DNA of 63,450 nucleotides from Spongospora subterranea f. sp. subterranea (Eukaryota): NCBI GenBank assembly GCA_049724395.1, contig JAUGWO010000034.1, positions 124,001 to 187,450 of the forward strand, read 5' to 3'. Shown piece by piece: positions 14,737 to 26,300 of this stretch (position 1 is its first letter; each line of letters starts with the position of its first letter). The notes under the pieces were generated by a model. It saw only the letters and a program-made list of their open reading frames with translations, ran no database searches and was not told where the DNA came from. The position numbers and the translations under genes were made by a program.

Positions 14737-15584
14737 TTAATAGAATATTACGGCGAAGATGAGAACAATGGCCACGAGTGAAAAAATGCTTGACGCGAAT
14801 CCCTGGTTTGGATCATTAGCATTGACACCATTTTCATTGACGTTGGCGTGGTTTCCACCCCATTCCTAGAATCCCAACAACATGAAAATTTCCGAAGACT
14901 GTTAACTATGATGAAGCATATACCATTTGAAAACCGAACATGCCAGGAAACAACGTGAAAGCAGAGAAACTGTGTGAATTCTGATCTGCAAAATCGGAAT
15001 GGAATATATTTGAGAAAGCAGGAGCAAACCCTCGCCTCCTCGGAGTGGGCTCAGCCCTAGGCCTGGTGGGACGCTCGGGAATATTTGGATCGGAACTTCG
15101 CGGATCCTCGGTTGAAACAGATCCCCGCCCGAAAAAAGGGATTAGATTGTCTCGTGAAATACCAGCCCTGCAGACTGGGCACGAAGTTTGATTTGATTCC
15201 AACCACTAAGCATGGAAACGACAATTTTAGAAAAAGTCATACCGTCAAGCAGAGAGAATCCACCTGATGTATACACGGCCAGCAAAACCTAGATCAGAAA
15301 AGTTAGCGCAATGAAATGGGCAATTGATTTAAGAAACACAAAAACAAATATCGTGTCGTATGGTGCAAGCGGACTGACATGTGGCCGCACATAGTCTATA
15401 ATTATTCCATAAGCGCCAGAATTAACGGATCGACAATACCACATACAATGACTGGTTTCATTGCAACTTCAAAACAAATATTGCAATCGATAGCTGACTC
15501 CAGACCTTTGGAGTCAGCAGATTTCTCTTCCTTAGCGCCATCCTTAAAATTCTCTCCTTTTGTCGCTTGGCTGCCGTCATCCAT
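14737..15584 (-). CDS. RNF5/RNF185/RMA-like C3HC4 RING E3 ligase with C-terminal TM anchor
   Basis: Spliced RING: DCNICFEVAMKPVI|TMCGHM|FCWPCIHQ|WLESNQTSCPVCRAGISRDNLIPFFGRG; DPR...IPERP motif; hydrophobic tail SIFSLVAIVLIFAVIFY*. Confidence 0.88.
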
Positions 15585-16189
15585 GATAAACGGTTGGGAA
15601 ACGGTTGTCCGAAAGAAGAGCACGCCTGGCCGTGTTTGGCCCTAGTTTGGCAGCCGAGTGACAGCAGCGTGCTGAGTGTGAGTGACCTGTCGCTCCTGTG
15701 AGAGCGTGAAAAGTCCGATGACCACGACCGTGAGAAGGTGAGTGGTGTATTGTAGTCGACGGCCTCCTCTGCTCACAACCACACTTTGCTGTTTTATCGC
15801 GACGCATCTTTGGTTGATAGGGAATTGATTATACTGTACCTGCTTGCGACAAAACTCCTCACATCGGCATTATCAGCAATGTTCTCTACAATGCACTCAT
15901 CCGGCTGTGTTTTATTTTGCGCAGCATAATCCAACGCCTAAAGCTGTTTGTGTAGCTATCGAAATGCACCAGACTCTTGGTCTGCATTAGAAGAGGTTAT
16001 GCGGAATTTCAGCAACATTACTCATGAAAAAAACATGTCAACCAAATTCAGGGTTTGGGGCTCTAGGGCTCACGAAGTGCAGTTCTGATTATCATCCGTG
16101 ACGGGGCCCCCGTCCTGGGCCGACCCGGACTCTTCGTTTCAATTCTGGAACAGTGCAGTTGTGTTTCTCGGCTTCAATTTCGAAGCTGA

Positions 16190-17627
16190 ATGGCGCTTTT
16201 TTTTCGGGAAATGCTCGGGCGCGTTCTCTCGAACCTAAAGCCCGGTTCGTCAACGCCGATGATTAAAGGCACTGTTCTGCCGATTATTCAAGACGCTGGT
16301 CTGCCAGTAGTTCAAGACGCACCTCGCCATAAACAGAATTTGGCAATGGTGGTCGCCTACGTTGGCAGCAATTATCGTGGTCTCATTAAGTTGCGTTTGA
16401 GTAAAGATGCAGTCTGATGTTTTTGTGTGTAGGAATTCAAAAGCAACCAGAGCAAACTGGCATCCCAACTATAGAAAGAGAACTTGAACAATGCCTCTAT
16501 AAAATTGGCTGTATTCGCGAGTCAAATTTCGGTATTATTCAAAATTTTCATTTGTATCGAAATTAACATTATAATATTGTAGGTCATCTAGATAAGATTG
16601 GGTGGTCTCGCTCAAGCAGAACAGACGCAGGAGTCCATTCTACGGGCACTATATGCTCAGCCAAACTGTTGCTCAACGACCTTGCCATCAGCACTTTGCC
16701 CGTCGATATGAACAAATTACTCCCATCAGATATTCGGGTTCTCGCCGTCAGTGCCGTGCCTAAAAGTTGGAGGGCACGATTCAAAAACGCCCAGCGTGTC
16801 TACGAGTATTTAGTACCACTGCACTGCTTGCCTGATGGGCAACATGACTGGCGCAAAGCCATGAGGGACATGATCGGCCCTGCCAATGTACATAACTTCT
16901 CCAATACTCGAACGGCGCGCGATTCGCTCACACCGTTACCATTCACATTAACTGATCAGGAACTATCTCGTCTTGACCGCGCTCAAATTGATTCGCTCAC
17001 ATTCCAACGTGATCCAACGTTAAACCGCGTCATCGAAAACGTCTCTGTTTCCAAATTCTCAATAGATCGTTCGGATTTCTGGAGGTTTCGGATCCAGGGT
17101 ACATCCTTTGCCTATAATCAGATCCGTCTGATGGTTGGGGTGATTTTGGCGGTTGGCGCTAATGTCATTCCTTTGGCTGTCGTCAAACCCATGATCAAAG
17201 GACCCGCTGTGGTCCGAGCTCCTCTCGCTCCAGCAGGGGGTCTTTTATTAACCTATTCGCAAGGTAAACCTATCGTCGCCGTCGCTTCATATAGTCAAAC
17301 AGTGATCTAGGAACGTTTCCTGATTGGAAACACGGTAATGGAGTTGACTATTTGCCTGCCAGTATCCAAGCGCTTTGTGATAAGTACAAAAATGAAGTCA
17401 TTTATCGGGAAATCAACAGGTCAACGTTCGTCAGCGAATTTACTTCATGGCTGGATGAAACGAAGAACGATGAGCGACTCCAAGAACAGGATTTTGATAC
17501 TATTGTGAAGAGGTTTGATGAGTGGCTGCCGATTTATAAGAACCCAGAACTGCATGCGTTGAAGCGACGACAAACATTGTTGGCGAAATGGCTTCCCGAA
17601 ACCCGTCCATTTCCCCCAAATAATTGA
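16190..17627 (+). CDS. tRNA pseudouridine synthase, TruA/PUS1 family
   Basis: VVAYVGSNYRG; WSRSSRTDAGVHS catalytic motif; LPSDIRV; RVYEYLVP; FRIQGTSFAYNQIRLMVG; PLAPAGGLLL. Confidence 0.9.
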
Positions 17628-17899
17628 TGGTATACAATATATATTTCCTGTCCATAAATATTTGTTGACTTAAAAAACTTGTGTTTGGTGACTGTTTCTG
17701 ACTTATTCTCATCATCCTAAACTCGACAAATAGTATGATTGTTTGTCAAATATGATTATCAAACACCGATGTTTCAGCACTCGCTATAGTTTATGGTTGT
17801 TCACCAGCGAAATTGCATTTTGTCCCATTTCAGGTGATTTTGGTGACCAGTGTCTGCTTCTTGAAGATGAAAGAGTACAGTTTTCCCATTAACCACGGT

Positions 17900-18150
17900 T
17901 TAAGTCAACTGGAGTATTGAGGCAAAACGCTGAATTGTGTCCAAAACTGCATCTCCCAAAGACAAAAACAGAATCAGACTTTGCCGTATCAACGCATTCC
18001 CAATGAGGGACGGTCGAACTCTGATGAAGCCAGCACGCTTCGCGCCAGCGACAATGACGGCGCCGGTCAGCAAATCCCTAACCATGAATCAATAAGTTGC
18101 TGTGAACCGAGAAGGACGACTCACAATATCGTCGATATCGCCCATTCCAT
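17900..18150 (-). CDS. Small DUF1748-like protein (2 exons, 47-nt intron 18078-18124)
   Basis: Spliced model MEWAISTILDLLTGAVIVAGAKRAGFIRVRPSLIGNALIRQSLILFLSLGDAVLDTIQRFASILQLT*; canonical GTGAGT...TAG intron; D..L....AG.KR..G...I.N..IR...L..G..V.D pattern recalled from DUF1748 (not searched). Confidence 0.45.
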
Positions 18151-18731
18151 GCTCTCGGACGGAGGTCCATATCGCCGGTACATTAGTGTCTTGGCCCTGG
18201 GGCAGCTCCGCAACGGGTTCTGTCTGGTATGCGTTACAAGAACCACTGGAACAGCAATTAGGATCCGTATGTATCGTAGTTACAGGTCGAGTCGACCAAC
18301 ACAAAGTGCAGCTCTACTGCGAAATGCGCTCCCGGAACCATTTTACATGAATCTGCATTAACTGCCACAACTGAACCCGCTGTCCCCTCTCACGACCTAT
18401 TTGTTTTTACGAGTTCCCGACAGCGCCGGGCAAAACTAGACATTATCCTGTAATTGCTTGAGAGTTTCGGTGCACTATGGTTCCCGGTATTCGAAACGAT
18501 TTTTGTTTTTCATTATTGATACAGTAGATACATAAATAAACCATATTGTCTGTCCAATAGATATTCTGAAAAGCGCTTCATCAAGCACCTTGGTACCCTC
18601 GTTTCAATCGACGTTAAACACATCTGCTGTAATAGCCAATGTCATGACTACCTCATACAGTTGTATTATTAACTGCAATCATTGCCGCGGGATTCGCCTC
18701 ACAATTTACTCAGAAAACGGCGCGTTTTGGG

Positions 18732-20392
18732 ATGTCGGAGATAGAGGCGGCACGATCGGCGCTGCTGCGGGTTCTGGCGCCATGCCTACACGACTCTTGG
18801 GATCGGATGGCGATGACGCTTCCGCACACGCGCTTGGCCGTTTGTGCATACAACCTTGTCTCAGTGTCCGAATCCATGTTGGAAATCCTGAATCGAACCG
18901 TATCTCTCCATATGTCCAAATCTGCCCTGGTTATTGGGCCATTACAACAGGTCTCTATTCTATTTATTATTATGGATTGTATTTCCTTCTTGATCCTCGT
19001 GCAATTCAGCTCAACGCTCATGTTATCCCATAGATCTGATTCTGACGCAATGCTCACTTTTGATCACACATGTTTAGGTTAAACTTTGGGTTTGACAATA
19101 TATTTTTTTCTTACAATCGTTGGAATTGTTCCAACTGGTGCTGAGTGAATTATGGTTCAGGCCCGTATTGCATTATTACATGCGCTGAATCGGCTTGACG
19201 ATATGCATCGGGATGCTTCCTACGCCGTTGTGCATCTTTCTGGAATATTGCACTCCACAGATGCGATGGCATTGAAAGCAATGGCCCGACAGCTGAAAAT
19301 CGAATTCGATCACGACGACCAGGACATTAAGTCATCATTCAGAGACAATATTGCCTTTTTCCTGAAAGTGCTACGAGAAGGATCGTTGATCAATCAGCCG
19401 CTTATAATCGTTCTCGAGGAGTTCGAATTGTTCACAAGGAGAACAAAACAGGGTTTGCTGTACCATTTATTCGATTTAGCTCATAGTTCCAGCGATCAAG
19501 TTGCGATTATTTGCATCACTGAACATTCAGATGTGGTCAGCTTGCTTGAGACCCGCGTTCGTTCTCGTTTTAGCACCGCTCGAATCATCATCAAGCCTCG
19601 ATTTCCAGAACCAGATCATTTGCTGATGTCGATGAGCCGTTTGATGACCTTGCCTCCTTCTCTTCCCCATTGCTCTCGATCGTTTATCGAAGAATTCAAC
19701 GCCGCCGTTGGTACCATATTTGATGATATCCAAGTCATCAAGCTCATCAAAACGCAGCTAGAATTTGGATTGCCAATCTGGGTTTTCTTTGATATGCTTT
19801 TTCACTTTATTGATAATTTGTCGACCTCCACACCCGATCCTAAAATGTTTCTACAATGCTCTAACATGATTGTCAGCGATCCGTTAACGCTAACCCTCCA
19901 GAGTAAGCTCTGAACCTATCCGTCCGTGACGATTTCGTAAATCGTATAAACAGGTCTCGACCCTGAAGACGTTCTCATCGTATTCGGCATGCTCCATTTA
20001 CACCGACGAGATATTGGTCAATGCACATTCGAAATGGTCATCGACGTGTGGGAAACGTTCAAGAAACGCCACACCGATTGGCAATTCCCTAGCTACAGCA
20101 TTGCTTATCTTATCAAGGTAATATCATCGTTCACACTTTTTTTTTTTCAAACAAATCTGTCTAATGAAATATCTGTTTCGTGCAGCGGTTTGAAAGGCTT
20201 GTGGAATCGCAGCTGATCCAGGCGGAATACGCACACGGAAGCTGTCTTCGGCTAAACTCTCTGAAACGGTTTCAACGGATTGCCCTGGCCAACGAAGCCG
20301 ACGACCTGCGCGCCAGGCTGATGTCGTTTAAGAATGGATATCCAGCGTGGCTTGAACAATGGATGGAGACTGACGCAGCTGCTGTCCATTAA
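18732..20392 (+). CDS. ORC4: Origin recognition complex subunit 4
   Basis: MLEILNRTVSLHMSKSALVIGP; VVHLSGILHSTDAMALKAMARQL; Walker B IIVLEEFELF...KQGLLYHLFD; Arg-finger LLETRVRSRFS; winged-helix C-terminus TFEMV...FERLVESQLI. Confidence 0.9.
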
Positions 20393-21474
20393 AACTATTC
20401 AAACACCTCTATCTATGTTTGCCGTTTTTGTGTATTTAATATATCGTCAAGCTAAATATGGTCTCGTTGCTCTTGAACTGTGGGAACGTGTATTGAGAAA
20501 CCGCATTCGTGGGAAAGGAAAGCCTAATCGAAGACGGACATCTCAGGCCCGAGTTTTTGTCGATGGCCTCACTTTCGCAATTTTCCCCCTGAAGTTTCAG
20601 TTAATAACGGAAGGAGTGGCCCATTGCAAAACATCAGGGGCTGGTCAAATGCTGAAGAAGAGCACAGCTTAGCAAGAGAGGGTATCTTGTGTGTGTTGCC
20701 TTTAAAAGAAAATCGCCGGCAAATGCAAAAAATCTGGTTTCGTGCTGATGCCGCAAACAGGTAGACAAGCAATTTCAAACGATGAGGAAAGTGAGTTTCG
20801 TGATAATCCAGTTCGATTGATTAAAGAAGCGTCTGGCCAAAGAAGCAAAGCCAGTTGTAGCGTTCTCTAGTTCTGGGGTCGTCCTGGTGAGACCCGAACA
20901 CAAGTCGTTCGCAATGGCTTATATGAAGACCATTAGCGGCAAAACGCGTTCGAACCAATCGATCGCGATAGGTATGTTGAATGCCAAGCTATTGGCCAAC
21001 GGTCAAAATTGGACAACCATAAACCAGGCTCTCGCAATGGTCCCGTCCGATGGCTAATGATGATGTAGTATAACAATAGTCAACAGTCATTCAATAAAAC
21101 TCGACTCCATTCATGCAATCACGCCTACCCACTAGGTGCAATCAACTGAGCAGAACACAAAATATCGGCTGAGTTGTTGACGATGAGCACGTTGATTATA
21201 TCGTCAGACCGCCTTAGTTCAGTAACCATGTTGTGGAGCACATAGCACGCAAGGATCCTTCGCAAAAAACGGATGTTGGTTTAACTGAATGGCGATAGGC
21301 CGACGCGGACGGGACGGTCATTATCCCTTTTGGAATCCCATTACCGTGCTTTAACTGCACTCGATGTGCACAATCTCCTGTTACCCACGGGGTTTTGGGT
21401 GTTGAATGATCACCAAGTCACCACACAGTAGTGTTACCCCACTGTGTAGAGTGGAGTGCTCCTGAGTCCTCTCC

Positions 21475-23988
21475 ATGAATCAGCTGGAGAAGATCGTATC
21501 TGGGTATCTCCTGGGTGGTTCAACTGGTGTGTCCTCTCGTATCGCTGCCGGACAGTATGTTCGCGTTTCACCACAGCATATTATGAGTCATGATAATACA
21601 GCCGTATATTCATATTCGCTATTATCATGACATTGTGCCCATATCGTGTGCACTTAGGCGATCATTCCCAAGTTCGAATCCCTTGCCAGGAACCCTACCA
21701 TTCATCAGCCCGCCCAGCCTGTCTTCGCTCTCGATCACGACATCCAAAACCCGAACAATTTCGCCGGCAAATACGCCGCGATCAAGAAATTTGCCCAGCG
21801 GCACGGTGTTGATTTCTTCCCGGCCGGTCGGGGTATCGGGCATCAGATTATGATTGAGGAAGCGTACGCCCTTCCTGGCTCAATGATTGTTGCCCCTGAT
21901 TCCCACAGTGTAATCTTCCCTCATTCGAAGCTCATGTTTTTCCAATTTTTGCGGTTCTGTTTTAGAATATGTACGGAGGTGTTGGGTGTCTTGGAACACC
22001 GTTAACCAGAACAGATGCAGCTGTGATTTGGGCGATTGGCAATACATGGTGGAAGGTGACCCAATTGCTGCTTCGTATTGGCAGTTTTTTTGCTCAATTG
22101 CTGTTTGACAAGGTTCCTCCTGTAACTAGGGTTGTTTTAACTGGGTCGTTGCCCCCTGGAGTGACAGGAAAAGACGTTATTCTCGCGCTGTGCTCCACAT
22201 TTGACAGCAGCAGGGTGCTCAATCATGCCATACAATTCTCAGGAGAATCCGCCATATCTAGTAAAAATTTCGTTTTCGTTGGTTGTATGAGAGTTCGTGA
22301 GCTTGACATGATTAGGTCTATCGATTGAAGACCGTTTAACGATTGCAAATATGACAACGGAATGGGGCTGCCTTGCTGGAGTATTTCCTGTAGACGATGT
22401 CCTATTAACCTGGCTGGAGCGACGTATGAATTTCCTATCGGATCGTGGTCCAGCTGGAACATTTTCAGATCCAGATCGTTACTTACCTGAGGAAAAATAT
22501 TATCATCCAAGGCTCAACCCTCAATCAATGCTTAAAATTACCAAGTCAGTTTCACTTAATGCGGATCCTGGTGCTAGATACGCTCAAACTCTCGTAATCG
22601 CTGTTGAAGCCTCTCCAATTCGGTTTGTGACGCAATGTACTTGTAGGAGATTGATTTATCGACGGTGACACCGCTTGTTGCCGGTCCGAATGCGGTCAAT
22701 AATGGAATCCCGATTTCGTCGTTACGCGAAAACGTACCAGATCATTTCAGAATCTATCTCGTATTTAACCTAATTTTGCAGATTCATGTTGACAAAGCAT
22801 ATATTTTATCGTGTGTCAATGCTCGCAACAACGATCTTCAGCAAGCCGCCGCCGTCCTACGTGGGAAAAAGGTCGCCGACCATGTCAAGCTCTATGTCGC
22901 TGCGGCCAGTAGTGAGGTTCAAGAACGAGCGGTCGCTGATGGGTCGTGGAAGGTTTGCTTTCAATCTTCATTAAATGTCCCAGTGTAGCTCCATTTTGAC
23001 CGTTGCGCTAGGTTCTTCAGGAAAGTGGTGCTATCTTTCTTCCATCTGGTTGTGGACCATGTATTGGACTAGGGGCTGGGCTATTAGCCGATGGTGAAGT
23101 TGGCATCAGTAAGTTCTTTTATCAGCCCCTTTTGTCGTATCTAGTGTTACTCTTGATGGATTCTGGCTGTGCACTGAATATGTCACAAAACCACTTTTTT
23201 GTATCAACCCATATTGTTCAGGTGCTACGAATCGTAATTTCAAAGGCCGGATGGGGTCTCGTTCCGCTCAATGTTATCTATCTAATCCAGCAATTGTGGC
23301 GGCATCTGCAATTGCCGGCCGAATCGTTTCCGTTGATGGATCGATCTCCCCAGTTCAGGCCTTCGCCCATTCTTCCTCCGGATGCCCTACCTCATCCCCC
23401 GATATCGAGCGCGTTCCTTTGTCGAGCGGGTTCCCGAGCCGACTAGCTGGCCCTTTGTTGTTCTGCGATTCGGACAGTATCAATACTGACGCCATTTATC
23501 CTGGAAAATACACCTATCGTGAGGACCTATCCCAGGAACAAATGGCGGCAGTCGCCCTGGAAAACTACTCCATTGATGGGCAACGGCCAACTATAGAGCC
23601 TGGCTCTATCATGGTCTCGGGGAGTAATTTTGGCTGTGGATCGTCACGTGAACAGGCGGCAACGTGTCTCAAATACGCCGGAATTCCAGCGGTTATCGTC
23701 TCGTCCGTCAATGAGACTTATTTACGAAATGCATTTAATAACGGATTTCTTGTCCTTATATCTCCTGAATTGGTTACGTTTCTGCGGCGACCGGACTCGC
23801 CAACGTTTAATCTAAATGTGGTTATTGATTTTCTCTCATGGACAGTGTCGCTGACGACTCAAGAAGGAGAGGAACTGGGTCCGTTTTCTGTTGATCCTGT
23901 CGGGCCTGTTGCTCAACAACTAATCGTGGATGAAGGCATCGCTAGTTCAGTCAAGAAAGCATTGTCCCAATCCATCAATACATTGTAA
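21475..23988 (+). CDS. LYS4: Homoaconitase (homoaconitate hydratase, fungal LYS4 type; fused large and small domains); N-terminal targeting peptide not resolved
   Basis: [141 protein letters not shown]. Confidence 0.9.
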
Positions 23989-24002
23989 TCCAGACGGTTT
24001 AT

Positions 24003-24850
24003 CTAGAAGAAGTCTGGGTATGGTACATGTTTATCGTTTCGTCGTCTCGAAACCTTTCGTGGTCGTGCCAGATTCGGTTCATGACCATGGCGTCGTTTAT
24101 GGGAATGCGTTCGCTTCGGATGCAATTCGTGATGTTCGGAGGGGTGTCGCGCCATTAGATGTTTCTCCTCGTTCCTCACAACCTTGTTCACGATCTCCTT
24201 CACTTCTCGCTTGACGGGAGCCACCTGGAGTTGATTGACGGTCTGACCAGTCACGAACCCGGCAGCGTGCTTTGACGCGCCTTTCCGCCCAACCTCACTC
24301 ATCATACCTTTAGCAATAGATCCCCCAGCTCCACCAACTAACGCAAATGCCGATCCAAATCCAGCCGTCAGCATCAAATCCTTAGCAGATGGTTGAACAC
24401 AATGAGCTTTGATATCGTCATCCTGCCAACAAACAACCGTTCAGAAAATCTGCGAATTCTTTACAATAGATTCAACTTCAATATTTTGCTTGATCGCGAG
24501 CTCCGAAGCGAGACCAACGCCACCCGCAACAGCTCCTAGGGCTAATGTCGGGAGAAACCCTATGGACGCCACGGTCAGGTTCGACAATGAATCGCTTGTT
24601 TCACTGAACCTAATCCTCCTGTCGCTATACTGGCCGCCAACATAGTTCCAGCATGAATCGTTGACGATGAGCATTTCGCGGCTGCCCGTATTGCTCGATC
24701 TCCATCGCCTGCCTGGGCGTGGATGGCCGATCTGATGAACCCGATCAAGGGAATCTCCTCGATTGCCTTGGTCATGCTCCCATCTTGCCCGAAATGATCA
24801 TCGCCCCGCTGTTCAGCTGAATCGTTTAATGCTTTGGCGTTTTCCATCAT
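24003..24850 (-). CDS. Hypothetical Gly/Ala-rich protein with hydrophobic helices and basic His-rich tail (3 exons)
   Basis: Three consecutive minus-strand ORFs joinable by short introns: AIEEIPLIGFIRSAIHAQAGDGDRAIRAAAKC; LALGAVAGGVGLASELA; LTAGFGSAFALVGGAGG. Confidence 0.6.
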
Positions 24851-25018
24851 GACTGATGTCCGAGATTAAGTTTGGAATGAAACTCGGAAGCACACTACAA
24901 TGTCGGAATTCGGTGATCCCATGACTCATCGCATCTTCGTTAAGTCATACTAACTCATCTTCCTTGAAACTAATCCCTAGAAAGTAAAGTTGTGGTTCAA
25001 AACCTGTTTATTTGTTTT

Positions 25019-26159
25019 TCACTTAAGGTCAATTTGTTCGTCCCGAGATTTCTGTGATGACGCTCGGTCGTCGAACGCAGCCATTTTCTCTAGTAATCCC
25101 TGAAACACGATGGCAACTTGATTGGTTGAAGGTTCGGAACATATGGCGGGGGCATTACCACGCTTTCAACCTCTCCTTCGATCCCGTTCATAATTCGGGA
25201 AACACCGCTCATCGTCTCAATTGCCTGTTGCACAAGTTCAGGTAGAGTAGAGAGCAGGGCCCGTGTTATAAACTAACCCTACAATAGAAGTAGATATAGG
25301 AATTGGCATATCTGGCCAATGAATCCTGAGCAGGAAGATATCTAAAATCGTTACAGATGAAAACGTTTGTTACCTGAACCAGATTTATGCGAGATATCTC
25401 CATCTGTACTGTTCCTTTTGCCTAAATCCACTCTTTACAAATCGGTTTGGTAAGCAATTTTCGCCAGCTTACCAAAGTTTCTTCATCTCTTTCGAGTTCA
25501 ACTTGGCTCGACAAAAGTTGTTGCTTAGCTTGAACCTATTGATTTTAGTGGTCATTTCCAATGCCTAGATGTTGTGATTGTCCTGGTACGATTTTGACGT
25601 CGTCGCGTTGCGGTTTACTGGTTAATTTTTCAACCGCTCTATTTGCCGTTTTGAGTCTGTCAGCTGACGAGTTCCTCCGATTCAGCACGTCTTTGTGCTT
25701 CTTTATCGTGCCTCGGAAGTCGTCCAATCGCTTCACTACGATCCGTTCCATATGTTGAAGCTACTTATCTATTCAGCATTCAGGATTGTCATGTTATAAA
25801 TAAAATACCGATCTGATACGATCAACTTCAATTGATCTGAATGCCTCGGCAACATCGGCCAACGCTCGTCGTAATGACTTATTTGACTCATGTGCCGCCA
25901 AGGCAGTTAACGAATCGATGAATTCGTTGCATTTGTTGCCCACCTCTATCAATAATGGATTGAATAGTGCTCACGATGATTCAAATAACACTCACTTCGC
26001 TCTCTAGTGACGATATCTGCTTGATTTTCTCTCAACTGATGCTACTATTCAGATGCATTTTAGATTTGTCACCAGCACCTCAACTACCGTTTTTATATCC
26101 GAATCCACAATCCCAATCCATTCTTTCAGGACAAATGGCTGACCATCTTCTTTCGACAT
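25019..26159 (-). CDS. BAR-domain protein, FAM92/CIBAR-like (multi-exon)
   Basis: Manual splicing: MSKEDGQPFVLKEWIGIVDSDIKT...VGNKCNEFIDSLTALAAHESNKSLRRALADVAEAFRSIE...MERIVVKRLDDFRGTIKKHKDVLNRR...DSLARYANSYIYFYCRAIETMSGVSRIMNGIEGEVE; all-helical BAR pattern resembling FAM92. Confidence 0.55.
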
Positions 26160-26300
26160 TGTATTTCAAGAGTAGGTGCTCGGCGATTTCTGTGACAGCG
26201 CCCCACTGTTATTCATAACTGCTCCTCCAATGGTGATTGTGACGTGTTTCCAAAGTAATTGTATTGTAATTGTTCAATTGTTAGAAAAAACGTACGTTTA

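Noticed and set aside
18710..19057. 115-aa minus-strand ORF
   Set aside because: Antisense shadow of ORC4 exon 1 and its intron
20400..21470. Possible gene between ORC4 and LYS4
   Set aside because: Only short ORFs without motifs; it may hold the LYS4 5' exon or promoter but cannot be supported
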